Sequence record: MW760841.1
Strand: one strand, 5' to 3'
Length of the DNA stretch: 64,000 nucleotides
The position numbers and the translations under genes are program-made. Positions within the stretch are counted from its first letter, which is position 1. Each line of letters begins with the position of its first letter. Shown here in pieces: positions 27,605-39,600 of this stretch. The notes under the pieces were generated by a model. That model did not search any database. It saw only the letters and a program-made list of their open reading frames with translations, and had not been told where the DNA came from.

Positions 27605-30600
27605 TTAACCCGCCTGACGAGACACATTCAGACTTGGGGTCGGTTGGGTGTACGACCCTTGGGGTTGCTGTTTAGCCGGAGGTGTTTGATTACCTCCGCT
27701 CTGGAGGCTACCACCTTGCTGCATCAGGTTGCGCATCTCTTTCAAGATATCACGCATTTCCTTCTGCACGACCAACTGCTGTTCCCCAACGGTACCCGTA
27801 CCGAAACCACCGGCCGTTGGCGAGACATCCGAGGACGGTGAACGTTGGTCAGCAACACTGGCAGACTGTGCCCGTTGCTCAGCAGCAGCACGGACTTTCG
27901 CCGCATCGGCGTCGTTCATGCCGTCGGCTTTCGCCTGGGCTTCTGCCGTATCACCAACCGACTGGATATCCCCACCACCGCCACCGGTTGGACCGGTACC
28001 ACCAGGCACAGCACCACCGCCCGATGCTGCCATGACATCATCTGCGGCGTTAGCACCTTTCATCGCGATAGCACCATCACGACGTTCAGCGTTATCCGCA
28101 GGCAAGTCATTAGCTGCTTTCGCAACCCCACCCAAGGATGGGTCGTTCGCCGCAGCACCGGCATTGACCGCAGGACTGGATGACTGAGGAGAAAGTCCCC
28201 CGGTCAGTTCTTTGGTCATTTTCGGATCGGCGTTCATGGTGTTCGCCGTTACGCTACCCATACGCCCGTTCAGTTCTTGCATCACCTCGTTCAGTGTACG
28301 CATCTTCCCGGTTTTGGTGAAGAACACGTTCTTGTTACCCGCGAGCACTTTGCGAGTAACCGAGGCAGCCGCTGTCGCCGGAGCGTTCGGGTTTTTCTTC
28401 CATGCTTGCAGGAACTGACGACCACCACCGGCACCCAGGAAGTGATACAGGTACGCCACAGCCGGAGGCGGCTTAGCCCCCAGGTCGCGTTGTGCCGATT
28501 GAATGTTATCACGGATGAACTGCAACCCGAGAATCGCATTCGCGTGTGGATCGTATTGCCCTCTGCCTGCACGGAGAGTACCCGGAATTCCGAAGTTGTT
28601 CGCGTATTTGCCCATCATGCCATCCCATGTCCCGTCAACAAACTGGAACAGACCGGCCGCAGACGCATACGGGTTCTTTGCCTTGTAGTTGAACTTGGAT
28701 TCAGCGTACGCCATCCCCAAAGCCACTCCAGGCGGAACACCCATCTTGTTCGCTACATCAACAATCATCTTCTTCACGTTTTCCGTGTTGTTCAGAGTGC
28801 TGATTGGGTACTTCTCTGCCAGTTCCTTGTAGTTGCCCTCAGCCACGTCACCGAGACTGATAGACACGTTACCGGTTGACAGTTTAGCGTAATCCGCTAC
28901 CCCACCGACTGCGTTGACATTATCTGCAATGTCATTTGGAATCCCAGTGAAGCCCTTACCACCAAAACCACCGGCGGCTTTCATCTTCTCCTGCTCTTCC
29001 GCAGTGTAGGTTGCCCGTTCAATTTCATCCTTGGTTTCGTAGATGTGCGTCCGTGGGTCTTTCTTCTGCCACTGGGCAATCTTCCGGTTGTCCGCTTTCT
29101 TCTCGTTCAGAAGGTTGCGGATGTTCAGGTCGGCTTGCTTGGACAGTTCTTTCAGCGTGATGAGTTCCTTCTCCACCGAGTTAGGGTCGGTGTTCGCGCC
29201 ATCCTCAGACCACGGCACCAACGCCACTTCCCACACAGACTGACGAATACCGGCACGCATGTTGTAAGCACGCGAGGTCAGTAAGCCCAGCTCGTACAGG
29301 TAGCCACCAGTCATCTTCACATTGAGTGGATCACCGGCAGGGTCGTAGCGTTTGAAACCGCACACGTAGAACATGAACGTTGGCAGGAAGCGGTTGACGA
29401 ACCAGTGGTGTACAGAATCGCCACGCGGGGTCTGCCAGACTTGTGGGGCGACAATATCCGTTGCCTCCGTCCACTTACCGTTGTACGAACCGGTCTTGGT
29501 GTTGATTTGCGGCAAGACGAAGCGTTCCATCTCTTTCAGCATTGCCACGTAGCCCGAATCCAGATTCTTCAACCCGTAGGTCTTCATCCTTACGGACTCC
29601 AGCGCATCGACATCTCGCTGGTTCAACGTCCCCAGGGCATCCACCTGAATCGTAATCGACTCGGTACCGTCTTCCCAACCTTCTTTCTTCACATAGTTCT
29701 TTTCAGTGTCAGCATCCATGGTGTTCAGGGCCGCAAAGGCATCTTTCACCCCGGTGACTTCCTGACCCTTGGCAAGCAAGGTACGCATCTGACGGTTTTT
29801 CTTCGTGTCCATACGCTTGTTGATTTCTCGCAGCGTATCTTCCTGCACTTCGATAACTTCCGAAGCATCGAGGAACTGAGGTGAGGTAAAGGTTACCGTA
29901 TCCCAGGCTTTAGACATGAAGCCCTGGTTGACCTTACGTGGGTCTTCCAGAGAACGCAGTTGGACGGCGTCTTTCGTCAGCGCAGTTTTCGCATGGATGG
30001 CTAACATCTCTTCTTTGGTGACTTTCGAGGCATCCCCCACTTCCGACAACTGGATATCTCTATCCATCGCTTTTAGCGTGGTCAACCAACGCAAGTAGAC
30101 CGGGATGAAGCGCTGGAGCATGTGGGCTTGGAACGCCAACATTTCCCCTTTATCCTCGACATTCAGGCCGTAGCCTTCTGCCAAGGTCTGCACTTCTTTC
30201 CCACCCAGACCACGACAGCTGGCCTGGCCTTCACCGTTGAAGGCAATGAACTGTTTCAGGTTGTCTTCCAGGTAGCGTACTTTTGCCCCGTCTTCCGAAG
30301 ACCACTTGTCGTAGTCACGGTAACCATACTGCGCAATACGCATGGTATCGAGGTACGAGGTGTAGGTTGAGGTTGCAATGCGATACGCCGCAATCCCCGT
30401 ACCCACCACAGCGCCCACCAACAGCGTGACTGGCCAACCTAAGGTGGCCACCACACCGGCGGCCGCAGTGGCCACTGGAGCAATCAGCGAACGAGCCACG
30501 AACGGCAGTGCTCGTGTGACTGCGAACTTACCGAGACCCCACGCGCCTTGTGCTAACAGTTTCCCAGGTTTGAAAATCCCCCATTTCGCAACGGTACCCA

Positions 30601-33600
30601 GGATACTGCCGACGCTACCCAACACAGACACCAATGGCCCGATTAATGGCAAGGACTTGAAGAAGTCCATAATCCCTTTACCCTTGCCTTTACCGCCGCC
30701 ACCAGAACCGGCAGCAGCCCCATCATCGTGTTCCCCACGACGACGGCGGAACCATTGGAAGTAGTCACGTTTCTCACCACCGCTGTTGAACTTCACTCGG
30801 CGAGAGAACTTGCTCATCATGCCCCGCACGAAACCTTCATTCGCGCCATTGTTCTCCAGAGAAGAACGCATGGTGTTGAACCAGGTGACTTCTTGCAGGT
30901 CAACCATCTTGTTCAGACGGTCAAGCACGCGTGACCCTACAGATTGAACTTTCTTACGCCCGGTGTTAATCACGTTACCGGCGGCGTCTTTCATGTCCTC
31001 CACATCGTCCATAGCTGCTGAACGAATCTTGGCTTTCGAGAACCCACCACGGCGATGCAAACGGTCACGATAGAATGCTGCTACGTCGTCGTCACGACCC
31101 ATCAGATGCTTCTCGATCATGTAGCGGGTGCCAATGTCGTGTTCTGCGCCACGGAAGGAATCCAGGACGTTATTCGCTCGACCGCCCATCCGGCTGAACC
31201 AGCCTTTCAGAGCGTCACGCTTTCCACCGAACCAACTCTTACCTGAATCGATACGTCCGCCAAAGCGGTTACGGAATCGACGTTTCATCAGACGGGCAGC
31301 CACCTTCCCTTTGCGCATGGCATTAGAAAGAGACTTCGACCCACCGGTGTTCTTCTCCATCTCCTCTGTCCAGGAATCGTCTTCCGGTTCACCCGGTAAA
31401 CGCTGGTTCAGAAGTTTGTAGATGCGAATCAGGATGTGGTTAGTCTTACGGCCAGTCGATCCACCAAACATGGTGTTCCCGCTCAGGAACCCACCGCCAC
31501 CTTTGCCACCTTTAAACCAGTTGGCAATCGGGTTATTGAGCGCAAGGTTCTTCAGTTTCGCTCCGGCATCACGTAAACGTCCAGGAATACCCATGATCAG
31601 GTCGCGACCCCAACCAGCGATACGTCCTATACGTCCTACAATGCGCCCTAACGGACTTTTAACCTCACGGCCCCACTTGTCTACCAGTTTGAACTCGGGG
31701 TTCTGTAACTCGCTGGCAGAGATGACGTTATTGCCGTTGATATCATCGATCGGACCGGAAATGTCCGCGACTTTGTACACCGGCTGTTTGGTGGCTGTGT
31801 TAATGTAATGGCCCTGACGCATCAGGTTGGCATACAGACGAGGCTGCGTGTCACCCTTAACGTAAATGTCAGGGATGTTAGTGAACCACTCCCGTGCGGA
31901 TTTAAAGCGGGGGGCAATTTTGTCGAGGATACGTTTCGGGGCACCCAGTACCTTGTTACCTAACTCACCGCCCTTACGAGCAATGGCTTGGAACAGGCTC
32001 TGAATCTTGCCACCTTTATAGTAGCTCAACTTCCCAGCAGCGGCTAAGTCCGCCGCACTCAGGATAATGTTACCTTCGGAGTCAACGATGTCACGACCGA
32101 GACGAATGTCATCCAGGGTCTTCAGCTGCACCGGCTTAGCGCCTTGGCCGTTAGAAGACATCTGGTAGTATTCGCCCGCTTCCAGTTTACTGCCCTGGAG
32201 CACCACACGGCCTTTCTCATCGAAGATATCTTTGATGCCCAACAGTCCCTGGCCAAAAGCCAGCGCAGAGTTAAAGGCACCACCGACCCCACCGGTCACC
32301 AACCCTTTCATGCGTTCGAACATACTCGGCCCCGTGGACGGACCGCCGAACTTGCCACGTACCCAACCGCCGAATTTACCCAGACGGTCTTTCGCACCCA
32401 ACACACCACGCTTCCCGAGGTTGAACGCACCCCCTGCGGTGTCGGCTAAGATACCACCCCAACGACGCAACAGGCCGGTTTCACCCAGCACGATACGACG
32501 ACGGCGTGGGCCTGCACCCGGACGTGGTGGCCCCATCTCATCGGTACCGCCGCTACCACCACCCTCACCACCGGCGAGAGAGGCCAACAGGACACCCTGT
32601 TCATCCATGGACTTCACATGCGCCAGGATTTTCTCCTGAATCTCGGTTAACGAGTGCATGTTAATGCCACGGACGGCTTCGACGATACGGTCGGTTTCTG
32701 TCCCGGCATTGCTGCCGTTACCTTTCAGCAGGTCGACAAAGTTGGTTTCGGTTTCGCCGTACAGGACACGCGCCAGTTGTACTGGGGACATACCTTTACC
32801 GCGACCTTTACCACCGCCACCACCTCCTTTCGGTCCACCGCCGAGTGGACTGCCCTCGGCCAATGGGTCATCGTAATCCCCACCGTTGAACTTGCGACGC
32901 AGTAAGTCAGCTAATGCCGAGTTACCTTTCAGTTTCTCCTGAATCGCCTGGTCAATGGTCAAGGCTTTCCCGCTACGGGTTTTGCCCATCCGGGTATCGT
33001 TGAACAAGGTGAACGGGTCGGCGAAGTCTTTGTCCACGCCAAAGGTGTCGTTCTTTTTATCGTACGTGAAGATACCCGCATCACGTAACGCACGCTCACC
33101 GTAGATTGCGGTGGCTTCGTCAATGTTGCGTTGGTAGCCTTTCACGGCCGAGCGGGCGGAAGAGAATTTGTCTTCCAGATGGTTCGACAGTTCGTACGTC
33201 CCACCGGTCATGCCATCCGATTTCGCACGCAGCAAATCCACCACTTTGTCAGCCGTACCGGACGGCATGTAGCGCATTAAGTGGTTGCTGTCTTTGAGGA
33301 TGCTCTCGACGTTCATGGAGCGACCCAGCGAGACACGGCTTTCTAAATAGTTAGCCAGACCTTGACGGTCTTTCTCACTCAGGGTCTTTTTGTCATCCAG
33401 GTAGTTAACGATTTCCCAGATGTTCTCCTGCTGCTTGAGACGACCTTTGTCATCCGCCACACCCTTACGGATACGGTCAGACAACTGACGACGTGACGTA
33501 AAGCCACGGGTCGTGATGTCGTATTCCTGGTCAGCATGTTCGCCGTAGCCTCGACGGATAGATTTGTTAATCTCGGATAACCAGGCCGGGATAACTTCGA

Positions 33601-34966
33601 CCAACGCCAAATGCGCACGACGGTCGAACTTAGCAACCCGGTTTAAGGCTTCACCGTCTCGAGTATCCAGGAAGGCTTTCTCACGGCCATGTGGATTGAT
33701 AATCCCGAAATCCCGCCCCATGCGAAACACATCAGCCGCTGTGCCGTCTTCTTCTCCAGCGATGGATGAGTTAGAGATTGTGCCTTGCGTCCAGCCACGG
33801 GCTTTAAATTGCGCCTGGTGGAGCTTTGTCATGTACTCGGGACGTTCTTCCAACCACTGCTTGGTTTTCCCTTGCGCTTTGGCAAGTTGTGGGCCAATCA
33901 GTTTCTTGGTGAGGAAGCTGGTTAACCAACCCACCCCTTTATCACGGCTGTTCTTCTTCCGGCTGTCTGGCGACAGGCTGGAGCCATCCTCCATCCCGAA
34001 GTCATCTTCGACTGCACCACCCATGAGCATCTCAAGTGCCATTCGGCCATCGCCAAACGCCTGTGAGATTTTCTTGGTCATGTTGTCGCGGATGCCGTTC
34101 ATGAACTCTTCGCCGTAACGAAGTGGGTTCATCCATTCAGCCGCTTTACGTTTAATGTTCGCCCAGTGAATTTCCGAGAACTCTTCTTTCGCATAGTCCG
34201 GCAACGCGGTGTTCTTCACAATCGCTTCGAGGGCTGGAGTATTACGGTCGAACTCGGTTTGTTTCAGCTTGGCAATATCTTGCAAGGCAAACAACGTACG
34301 GTATTGCAACTCGAGCTTCTTACGCTCGATGTTTAAGAACACGCCTTTGGAAAGTCCGGTTTGCATGTGCACGTCACGGGCGATACCCAGAACCGTGTTC
34401 ATCAATGCATCGGATTTCATTTCCTTGACGGCATCACGCAGACGATCTTCCGTTGCCGTTTCACGCGCTTCTTGCTGTTGCTCGGCGGTCATTTGCTGAC
34501 CGGCACCGAACACCTCACCCATCATGCGGTCGAGGCCAGCCTGCTGTGGATCGTACTGATCGTACTGGGCGTCTTCGCCAGTGCGTGCCCATTTGTTAAT
34601 GCGGTTGGTCAGGCTATCGGGCAGATAGCGCTTTAAGGTTGGGCCTAATTGACGGGCTTGTTGCTTGACCAGACGCTCAGTCTTGATGATCTCGTCTTTG
34701 GTATGAGCGTACACGTCTTTTGCTACACCCTGCGCGTTCTGATAGCCCTTGTAGGCTTCGGTCGCAGGCTGTGGCATACCTTTTAAGATGACCTGGTCGC
34801 GCTTACCTCGCGGCCATATGGTCGCCAGAGCAGATTTGCGCACTTGCTTCGCGGTATCGAGTATCGGGTTGCGCGATTTACCGTTGTTCTGGCGGGGCGG
34901 TTCGTCGAAATCATCCCAATCGACATCATCAAAACCGAGATCGTCGAAATCGTCTTTTTTTGCCAT
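27605..34966 (-). CDS. Tail tape measure protein with C-terminal lytic transglycosylase domain
   Basis: ~2450 aa; SLT motifs AYAESKF...ASAAGLFQFVDGTW and YLYHFLGAGG; hydrophobic Ala/Gly/Val segment near the middle; phiKZ gp181-like position. Confidence 0.8.
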   Translation of the reverse strand: MAKKDDFDDLGFDDVDWDDFDEPPRQNNGKSRNPILDTAKQVRKSALATIWPRGKRDQVILKGMPQPATEAYKGYQNAQGVAKDVYAHTKDEIIKTERLVKQQARQLGPTLKRYLPDSLTNRINKWARTGEDAQYDQYDPQQAGLDRMMGEVFGAGQQMTAEQQQEARETATEDRLRDAVKEMKSDALMNTVLGIARDVHMQTGLSKGVFLNIERKKLELQYRTLFALQDIAKLKQTEFDRNTPALEAIVKNTALPDYAKEEFSEIHWANIKRKAAEWMNPLRYGEEFMNGIRDNMTKKISQAFGDGRMALEMLMGGAVEDDFGMEDGSSLSPDSRKKNSRDKGVGWLTSFLTKKLIGPQLAKAQGKTKQWLEERPEYMTKLHQAQFKARGWTQGTISNSSIAGEEDGTAADVFRMGRDFGIINPHGREKAFLDTRDGEALNRVAKFDRRAHLALVEVIPAWLSEINKSIRRGYGEHADQEYDITTRGFTSRRQLSDRIRKGVADDKGRLKQQENIWEIVNYLDDKKTLSEKDRQGLANYLESRVSLGRSMNVESILKDSNHLMRYMPSGTADKVVDLLRAKSDGMTGGTYELSNHLEDKFSSARSAVKGYQRNIDEATAIYGERALRDAGIFTYDKKNDTFGVDKDFADPFTLFNDTRMGKTRSGKALTIDQAIQEKLKGNSALADLLRRKFNGGDYDDPLAEGSPLGGGPKGGGGGGKGRGKGMSPVQLARVLYGETETNFVDLLKGNGSNAGTETDRIVEAVRGINMHSLTEIQEKILAHVKSMDEQGVLLASLAGGEGGGSGGTDEMGPPRPGAGPRRRRIVLGETGLLRRWGGILADTAGGAFNLGKRGVLGAKDRLGKFGGWVRGKFGGPSTGPSMFERMKGLVTGGVGGAFNSALAFGQGLLGIKDIFDEKGRVVLQGSKLEAGEYYQMSSNGQGAKPVQLKTLDDIRLGRDIVDSEGNIILSAADLAAAGKLSYYKGGKIQSLFQAIARKGGELGNKVLGAPKRILDKIAPRFKSAREWFTNIPDIYVKGDTQPRLYANLMRQGHYINTATKQPVYKVADISGPIDDINGNNVISASELQNPEFKLVDKWGREVKSPLGRIVGRIGRIAGWGRDLIMGIPGRLRDAGAKLKNLALNNPIANWFKGGKGGGGFLSGNTMFGGSTGRKTNHILIRIYKLLNQRLPGEPEDDSWTEEMEKNTGGSKSLSNAMRKGKVAARLMKRRFRNRFGGRIDSGKSWFGGKRDALKGWFSRMGGRANNVLDSFRGAEHDIGTRYMIEKHLMGRDDDVAAFYRDRLHRRGGFSKAKIRSAAMDDVEDMKDAAGNVINTGRKKVQSVGSRVLDRLNKMVDLQEVTWFNTMRSSLENNGANEGFVRGMMSKFSRRVKFNSGGEKRDYFQWFRRRRGEHDDGAAAGSGGGGKGKGKGIMDFFKSLPLIGPLVSVLGSVGSILGTVAKWGIFKPGKLLAQGAWGLGKFAVTRALPFVARSLIAPVATAAAGVVATLGWPVTLLVGAVVGTGIAAYRIATSTYTSYLDTMRIAQYGYRDYDKWSSEDGAKVRYLEDNLKQFIAFNGEGQASCRGLGGKEVQTLAEGYGLNVEDKGEMLAFQAHMLQRFIPVYLRWLTTLKAMDRDIQLSEVGDASKVTKEEMLAIHAKTALTKDAVQLRSLEDPRKVNQGFMSKAWDTVTFTSPQFLDASEVIEVQEDTLREINKRMDTKKNRQMRTLLAKGQEVTGVKDAFAALNTMDADTEKNYVKKEGWEDGTESITIQVDALGTLNQRDVDALESVRMKTYGLKNLDSGYVAMLKEMERFVLPQINTKTGSYNGKWTEATDIVAPQVWQTPRGDSVHHWFVNRFLPTFMFYVCGFKRYDPAGDPLNVKMTGGYLYELGLLTSRAYNMRAGIRQSVWEVALVPWSEDGANTDPNSVEKELITLKELSKQADLNIRNLLNEKKADNRKIAQWQKKDPRTHIYETKDEIERATYTAEEQEKMKAAGGFGGKGFTGIPNDIADNVNAVGGVADYAKLSTGNVSISLGDVAEGNYKELAEKYPISTLNNTENVKKMIVDVANKMGVPPGVALGMAYAESKFNYKAKNPYASAAGLFQFVDGTWDGMMGKYANNFGIPGTLRAGRGQYDPHANAILGLQFIRDNIQSAQRDLGAKPPPAVAYLYHFLGAGGGRQFLQAWKKNPNAPATAAASVTRKVLAGNKNVFFTKTGKMRTLNEVMQELNGRMGSVTANTMNADPKMTKELTGGLSPQSSSPAVNAGAAANDPSLGGVAKAANDLPADNAERRDGAIAMKGANAADDVMAASGGGAVPGGTGPTGGGGGDIQSVGDTAEAQAKADGMNDADAAKVRAAAEQRAQSASVADQRSPSSDVSPTAGGFGTGTVGEQQLVVQKEMRDILKEMRNLMQQGGSLQSGGNQTPPAKQQPQGSYTQPTPSLNVSRQAG

Positions 34967-34995
34967 TTTCATTACTTCCAATTCAGGAGCTTAAC

Positions 34996-36609
34996 GTGAA
35001 GAAGCTAAACTGGGTTGACATTTACCTGTTAAACGTCAACAAGTCCCTGGTGTCACATTTGAAGCCGGTGACTACGACCGACACCTTCCAGGGTATGACG
35101 AAAAACTTTCACCCGGAAGGTCTTTACTCTACCGATATATTCGGCTTAACAGGTAGCGAAGAGCGTGACGCTACGTTCGCATACATCGATGTAAAACTCG
35201 ACATTATTTCACCTACCGTTTGTTTAGGGTTGTTTGGTTTAAAGCAACTCTACGAGGAAATCTGTTCCGGGAAACGGTTTGCACAGTGGGATGAGAAACA
35301 AAAAGATTTTACGCCAGCGCTGCCCAGTGATAAAGGTGCAGACACCGGCATGAACTTCTTCTTGCGTCACTACAAAGAGTTGTCGCCAGCGCGCAACGAC
35401 TCGATGCGTCGCGATGACTCTCTTGACTTCTTCTTCAAATTCCGCGACGTCAGCGTTAACCGCCATGTCTTGGTCTTGCCCGCAGGTCTGCGTGACCTGA
35501 TTGTGCGAGACGATGGCCGTGACCAGGAAGAAGAAATCGGCGGTATGTACCGTCGTCTCATCTCTTTAGCCCGTGCTGTTCCAGACCGCAATATCCAAAC
35601 GGAACTGACTGACCCACTGCGTTGGAAACTCCAACAGGCGTACAACGACATCTGGATGTACTTCTTTAACATCCTGGATGGTAAGGGCGGCTTTACCCGC
35701 CGCAAAGTGACTTCCCGTAAGTTAATGAACGGCACACGTAACGTGCTGTCGTCGTTCTCAACCGGGTCGAAAGTCATGGGTCGTGAAGACCAGGTGCGGG
35801 CGACCGACACGCGTGTCGGTTTGTTCCAGGGGTTGAAGTCACTGTTGCCGGTAGCGCAGTATAACATTCGCGAACGTTATCTGAGCAATATCCGAGCGGG
35901 TGACGGGAACCTGTACGGTATCAACACCAAAACCCTGCGAAGGGAACTCCTTGAAGTCCGTGGGAAGGTCTATGACCTGTACACCACCGGCGACGGGATA
36001 GAGAAGTTGATTAACCGTCTGGAAGCGCGTGAGTTGCGCCATGCTCCACTGATGATTGACAAAGACCACTACGTGGCTCTGATCTATCAGGACGCCAAAC
36101 ACTTTAAAGTGTTCTTTGACATTGAGGATTTGCCTGCGAAGTTTGACCGTAAGAACGTTCGTGGTATTTCACTCGGCGAGTTGTTGTACCTATCCGGGTA
36201 TGAACTCTGGAATAATTACTTCATGTTCGTCACGCGCTACCCAATCATTGGGCGCGGTTCGACGTACTCCTCGACCATAAGATTGGAGACCACGGTCTCT
36301 TCCTTGTATCTCCACGAGCTGGAAGATGACTGGGAAACCACGAAGGAGAAGGGAGCTGTGAGCTTCCCGGATCGTAATGTTCCGACGTGGGTTGAATCTA
36401 TGGCACCGCACCCTTCACGACTGAAAGGGTTGAACGGTGACTACGACGGCGATACCGGTTCCGGTAACGTTCCGTTCTCGCAGGAAGCAATGGAAGAAAA
36501 CCAGCGCTGGGTGAACTCCAAGAACTACTGGTTCACAACTAACGGCAAGTTTAAAGTAGCCCCCGTTAACGACGTTATTGAGCGTGCGATCAACTCGCTG
36601 CTCCAGTAG
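34996..36609 (+). CDS. Virion RNA polymerase beta' subunit, N-terminal/catalytic part
   Basis: EGLYSTDIFG, LVLPAGLRD, GKGGFTR and catalytic NGDYDGD; GTG start after AGGAG. Confidence 0.9.
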   Translation: MKKLNWVDIYLLNVNKSLVSHLKPVTTTDTFQGMTKNFHPEGLYSTDIFGLTGSEERDATFAYIDVKLDIISPTVCLGLFGLKQLYEEICSGKRFAQWDEKQKDFTPALPSDKGADTGMNFFLRHYKELSPARNDSMRRDDSLDFFFKFRDVSVNRHVLVLPAGLRDLIVRDDGRDQEEEIGGMYRRLISLARAVPDRNIQTELTDPLRWKLQQAYNDIWMYFFNILDGKGGFTRRKVTSRKLMNGTRNVLSSFSTGSKVMGREDQVRATDTRVGLFQGLKSLLPVAQYNIRERYLSNIRAGDGNLYGINTKTLRRELLEVRGKVYDLYTTGDGIEKLINRLEARELRHAPLMIDKDHYVALIYQDAKHFKVFFDIEDLPAKFDRKNVRGISLGELLYLSGYELWNNYFMFVTRYPIIGRGSTYSSTIRLETTVSSLYLHELEDDWETTKEKGAVSFPDRNVPTWVESMAPHPSRLKGLNGDYDGDTGSGNVPFSQEAMEENQRWVNSKNYWFTTNGKFKVAPVNDVIERAINSLLQ

Positions 36610-36630
36610 CGCGAGTAATTAAGGACCATC

Positions 36631-39600
36631 ATGCTTCTCCTTAAACAGTTTAACCAACGCTTCTCCGTTCGTAAGACGGATGAGTTCGGGAAACCGCGTA
36701 TTATCCCGCTGGAGAAATTCCAGATACCACGCGGCTCGGTATTCCATACCGTGGACTTAGACCAGGTGGTGCTTGCGCCACCGGTCAATACCCCGTACTT
36801 CCAGGAACTGGAAAAGCCTGCGCAAGTTCGTCACCACTTCAAGCTGCCAGAAGACGGGATTTCTGGCCGCCCGATTCCGGTTCCGGTACAAGGTCAAGAA
36901 CGTCAGATTCTGGCGTACCACCGTGCCAACCGTCGCTTCCGTCGTCTGTCCCAGTCAGACGAGTTAGTGCGTACCGATCCAAAAGTGCTGCTCATCGAGA
37001 ACTACACCCCGATGCTGCCGCACTACCGTTACCCGGACACCATGATGTCTTGGTACGATCGTCTGCGTAACGTGCAGGTATTAATGAGCAACCAGCTCAA
37101 GTACGACAGTGCGGAATACCTGCGTCAGAACTACATGATTATCGAAATCGGTTCGACGTTACCGGCGTATGACAAATTCAAGAACACCTTCAACGACCGT
37201 GTGAAGACCAAACTGGAACGCTTCCAGTCCTTCAACCTGCTGTGGCTGCTCGAGCTGTTTGCTTGGGCGATTGGTCAGCAAGAGTCGTCGCTGTTTGCAG
37301 GTATGGACATGACCCAACTGTCCCGTACCAACTTTGTGTTCGTCCACAACTCCGGGTTCAGTGTAATGAACATGGGTGTGGTTGAGAAGATGCGTAAATC
37401 CGTCGGCGGCCGTCTGAATGACGAGCAAATGGCACGCGCCTTCTACCGTACCCTGATTCGCGTCATGACCGCTAAGCCAGACATGGTGTCTGAGCTGGAA
37501 GTGATTGACGAAGAAACCGGCGAAGAGAAAGTGATTGTTCAGGATGTCGAGAACGACGATATCGTGGATGGTGCAGATGACCTGGTAGGTGACGAGGATA
37601 TCGTCAACGAGGTCGATGTGCCAGAAGACGACTTCGACACCAAGGAAGACTTGGTCATCGACACCCCGAAAGAAGATGTGAAGCCCACGACGATTGTGGT
37701 GGAGAAAGCGATTAACCACGCTGACGTTATCAAACAGGAAGTCGAGAAGCTGGCAGAAGCCGGTCGTGTCTCGGCGAAGCAGTACAAGTTCCTGAATGAT
37801 GCCACCGAGCGCTTTGAAGCGCTGCCTAACCCGTACAACCCGAAAGAGTCGTACGGCGAAGCCATGGTCGTGGATGCGAAAAGAATTGAAATTAAACCCG
37901 TTGAGACTCTGCGGGAACCTGTCGTAACCACCACAGACTGGACGCAGTCTACCGTGGATGCGATGGACAAACGCTACAACACCGAAATCCTGCCAAAAGA
38001 CATTCTGGCGGCAGTGGCATCGTCTCAGCGCCTGGGCCTCGCGGTCCACAACCACACGGTCGAGAAAGAAGTTTCTGTAACCGGCAGTATCGAACACCAC
38101 ACCCTCCGTGTTCAGCCAATCGGCGGGGAACCAGTAACGGTCCGTTTCCAGGTTCCTGCATTGACTGAAGATGGTACGTGGGTAGCGAATGGTACCGAGT
38201 ACACCATGCGTCGCCAACGTGTCGATATTCCGATTCGTAAAGTTGACCACGAGACCGTGGCCCTGACAACTGCTTATGGTAAGAACTTCGTCCGCCGAAG
38301 TGACAAAGTCGTGAACGACTATGGTCGCTGGCTGACGAATGCGATTATCGTGCGGGCGGTTGACCCGAAAGACACGACGATTACCGATGCCAAACTGGCT
38401 AACGTGTTTGACCCGCTGGCAACCTTACCGCGTCAGTACACGATGGTGTCTCGTCGTATCTCGACCTTTAACGCCATTGGCTATCAGTGGAACTTCGATT
38501 CGAAAGCGATGGCTTCCTTCTTTGGGGAAGACACCGTCAAAGCGATGACGAAGAAAGAACTGATACCGGTCGCGAAAGGACGGGCTGGGGTGCTGCTGGG
38601 AATGGATGACCATTCGCAGATGTACAAAGTGAACGGGGACAAGATTGAACCGTTGGGAACGCTGGCCGATGCCTTAGGGGTTGACCAGACGAAGACCCCA
38701 CGGGAAATGACGGAACTGTCGTTGATGGGGAAATCCCTGTCGCTCGGTTTCATCTTTGCCTTCTATCTCGGCCTGACCGGCATGATGCGCTACTTCGGTA
38801 TTCGCTTCGAAATTCTCCCGCCGGGTCAGCGTATTGACAAATCTACCTACGATTCCATCTTCCGTTTGTCAGATGCGAAAATCGTAGTCATGTGTGATAA
38901 CGACAAACAACGCATGATTCTTAATGGGCTGGACAAGTACGTTAAGCACTTGACCACCTACACGGAATCCGAAGTTGACCGTGAAGACATTTACCTCAAC
39001 CTTATTCGTGATGCAGATGGCCTGACCCCTCGGTACATCAATGAGCTTCGATTAATGCGGACCGCATTCGTCGATGACATGCACGCGCGTATCTTGCGGA
39101 AGATGGGCGAACCGGAAACCTTCATTGGCCTGTTGGAACGTTCCAACGAACTGTTGCAGAACGACCACACCCTCCCGGAAATCAACGGCGATGAAATGAT
39201 GTTTGTGGGCAATCAGCGTATTGCGTACCACATCTACACTGCACTGGTGAGAGCCCAGCGTAACTACATCAACGCCCCAGGCAGTAACCGCAAGTTCGAG
39301 CTGTCCCAAGACATGATCTGGGGGGCCATTAACTCCGACCCGTCAGTCTTGCTGGCACCGGGGGCCAACCCGATTCAGTTCATTAAGGAAAAAGACGTTA
39401 TCACCATGGGTGGTACCGGCGGACGTAACCGTAAGACCATGGTGTACCACACGCGTGAATTCCAGAAATCTGACCTGGGTATCGTGTCCGGTAACACCGT
39501 CGATAACGGGGACGTAGGTATCACAGCCTTCTTAACGAATAACCCGCGCTTCGACTCAGTCGATGGCACCACTAAGCCCCTGGAGGGGGGAGGTAAGCCG

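Noticed and set aside
37159-38250. 363-aa minus-strand ORF inside the vRNAP beta gene
   Set aside because: Antisense shadow caused by codon bias; no motifs.
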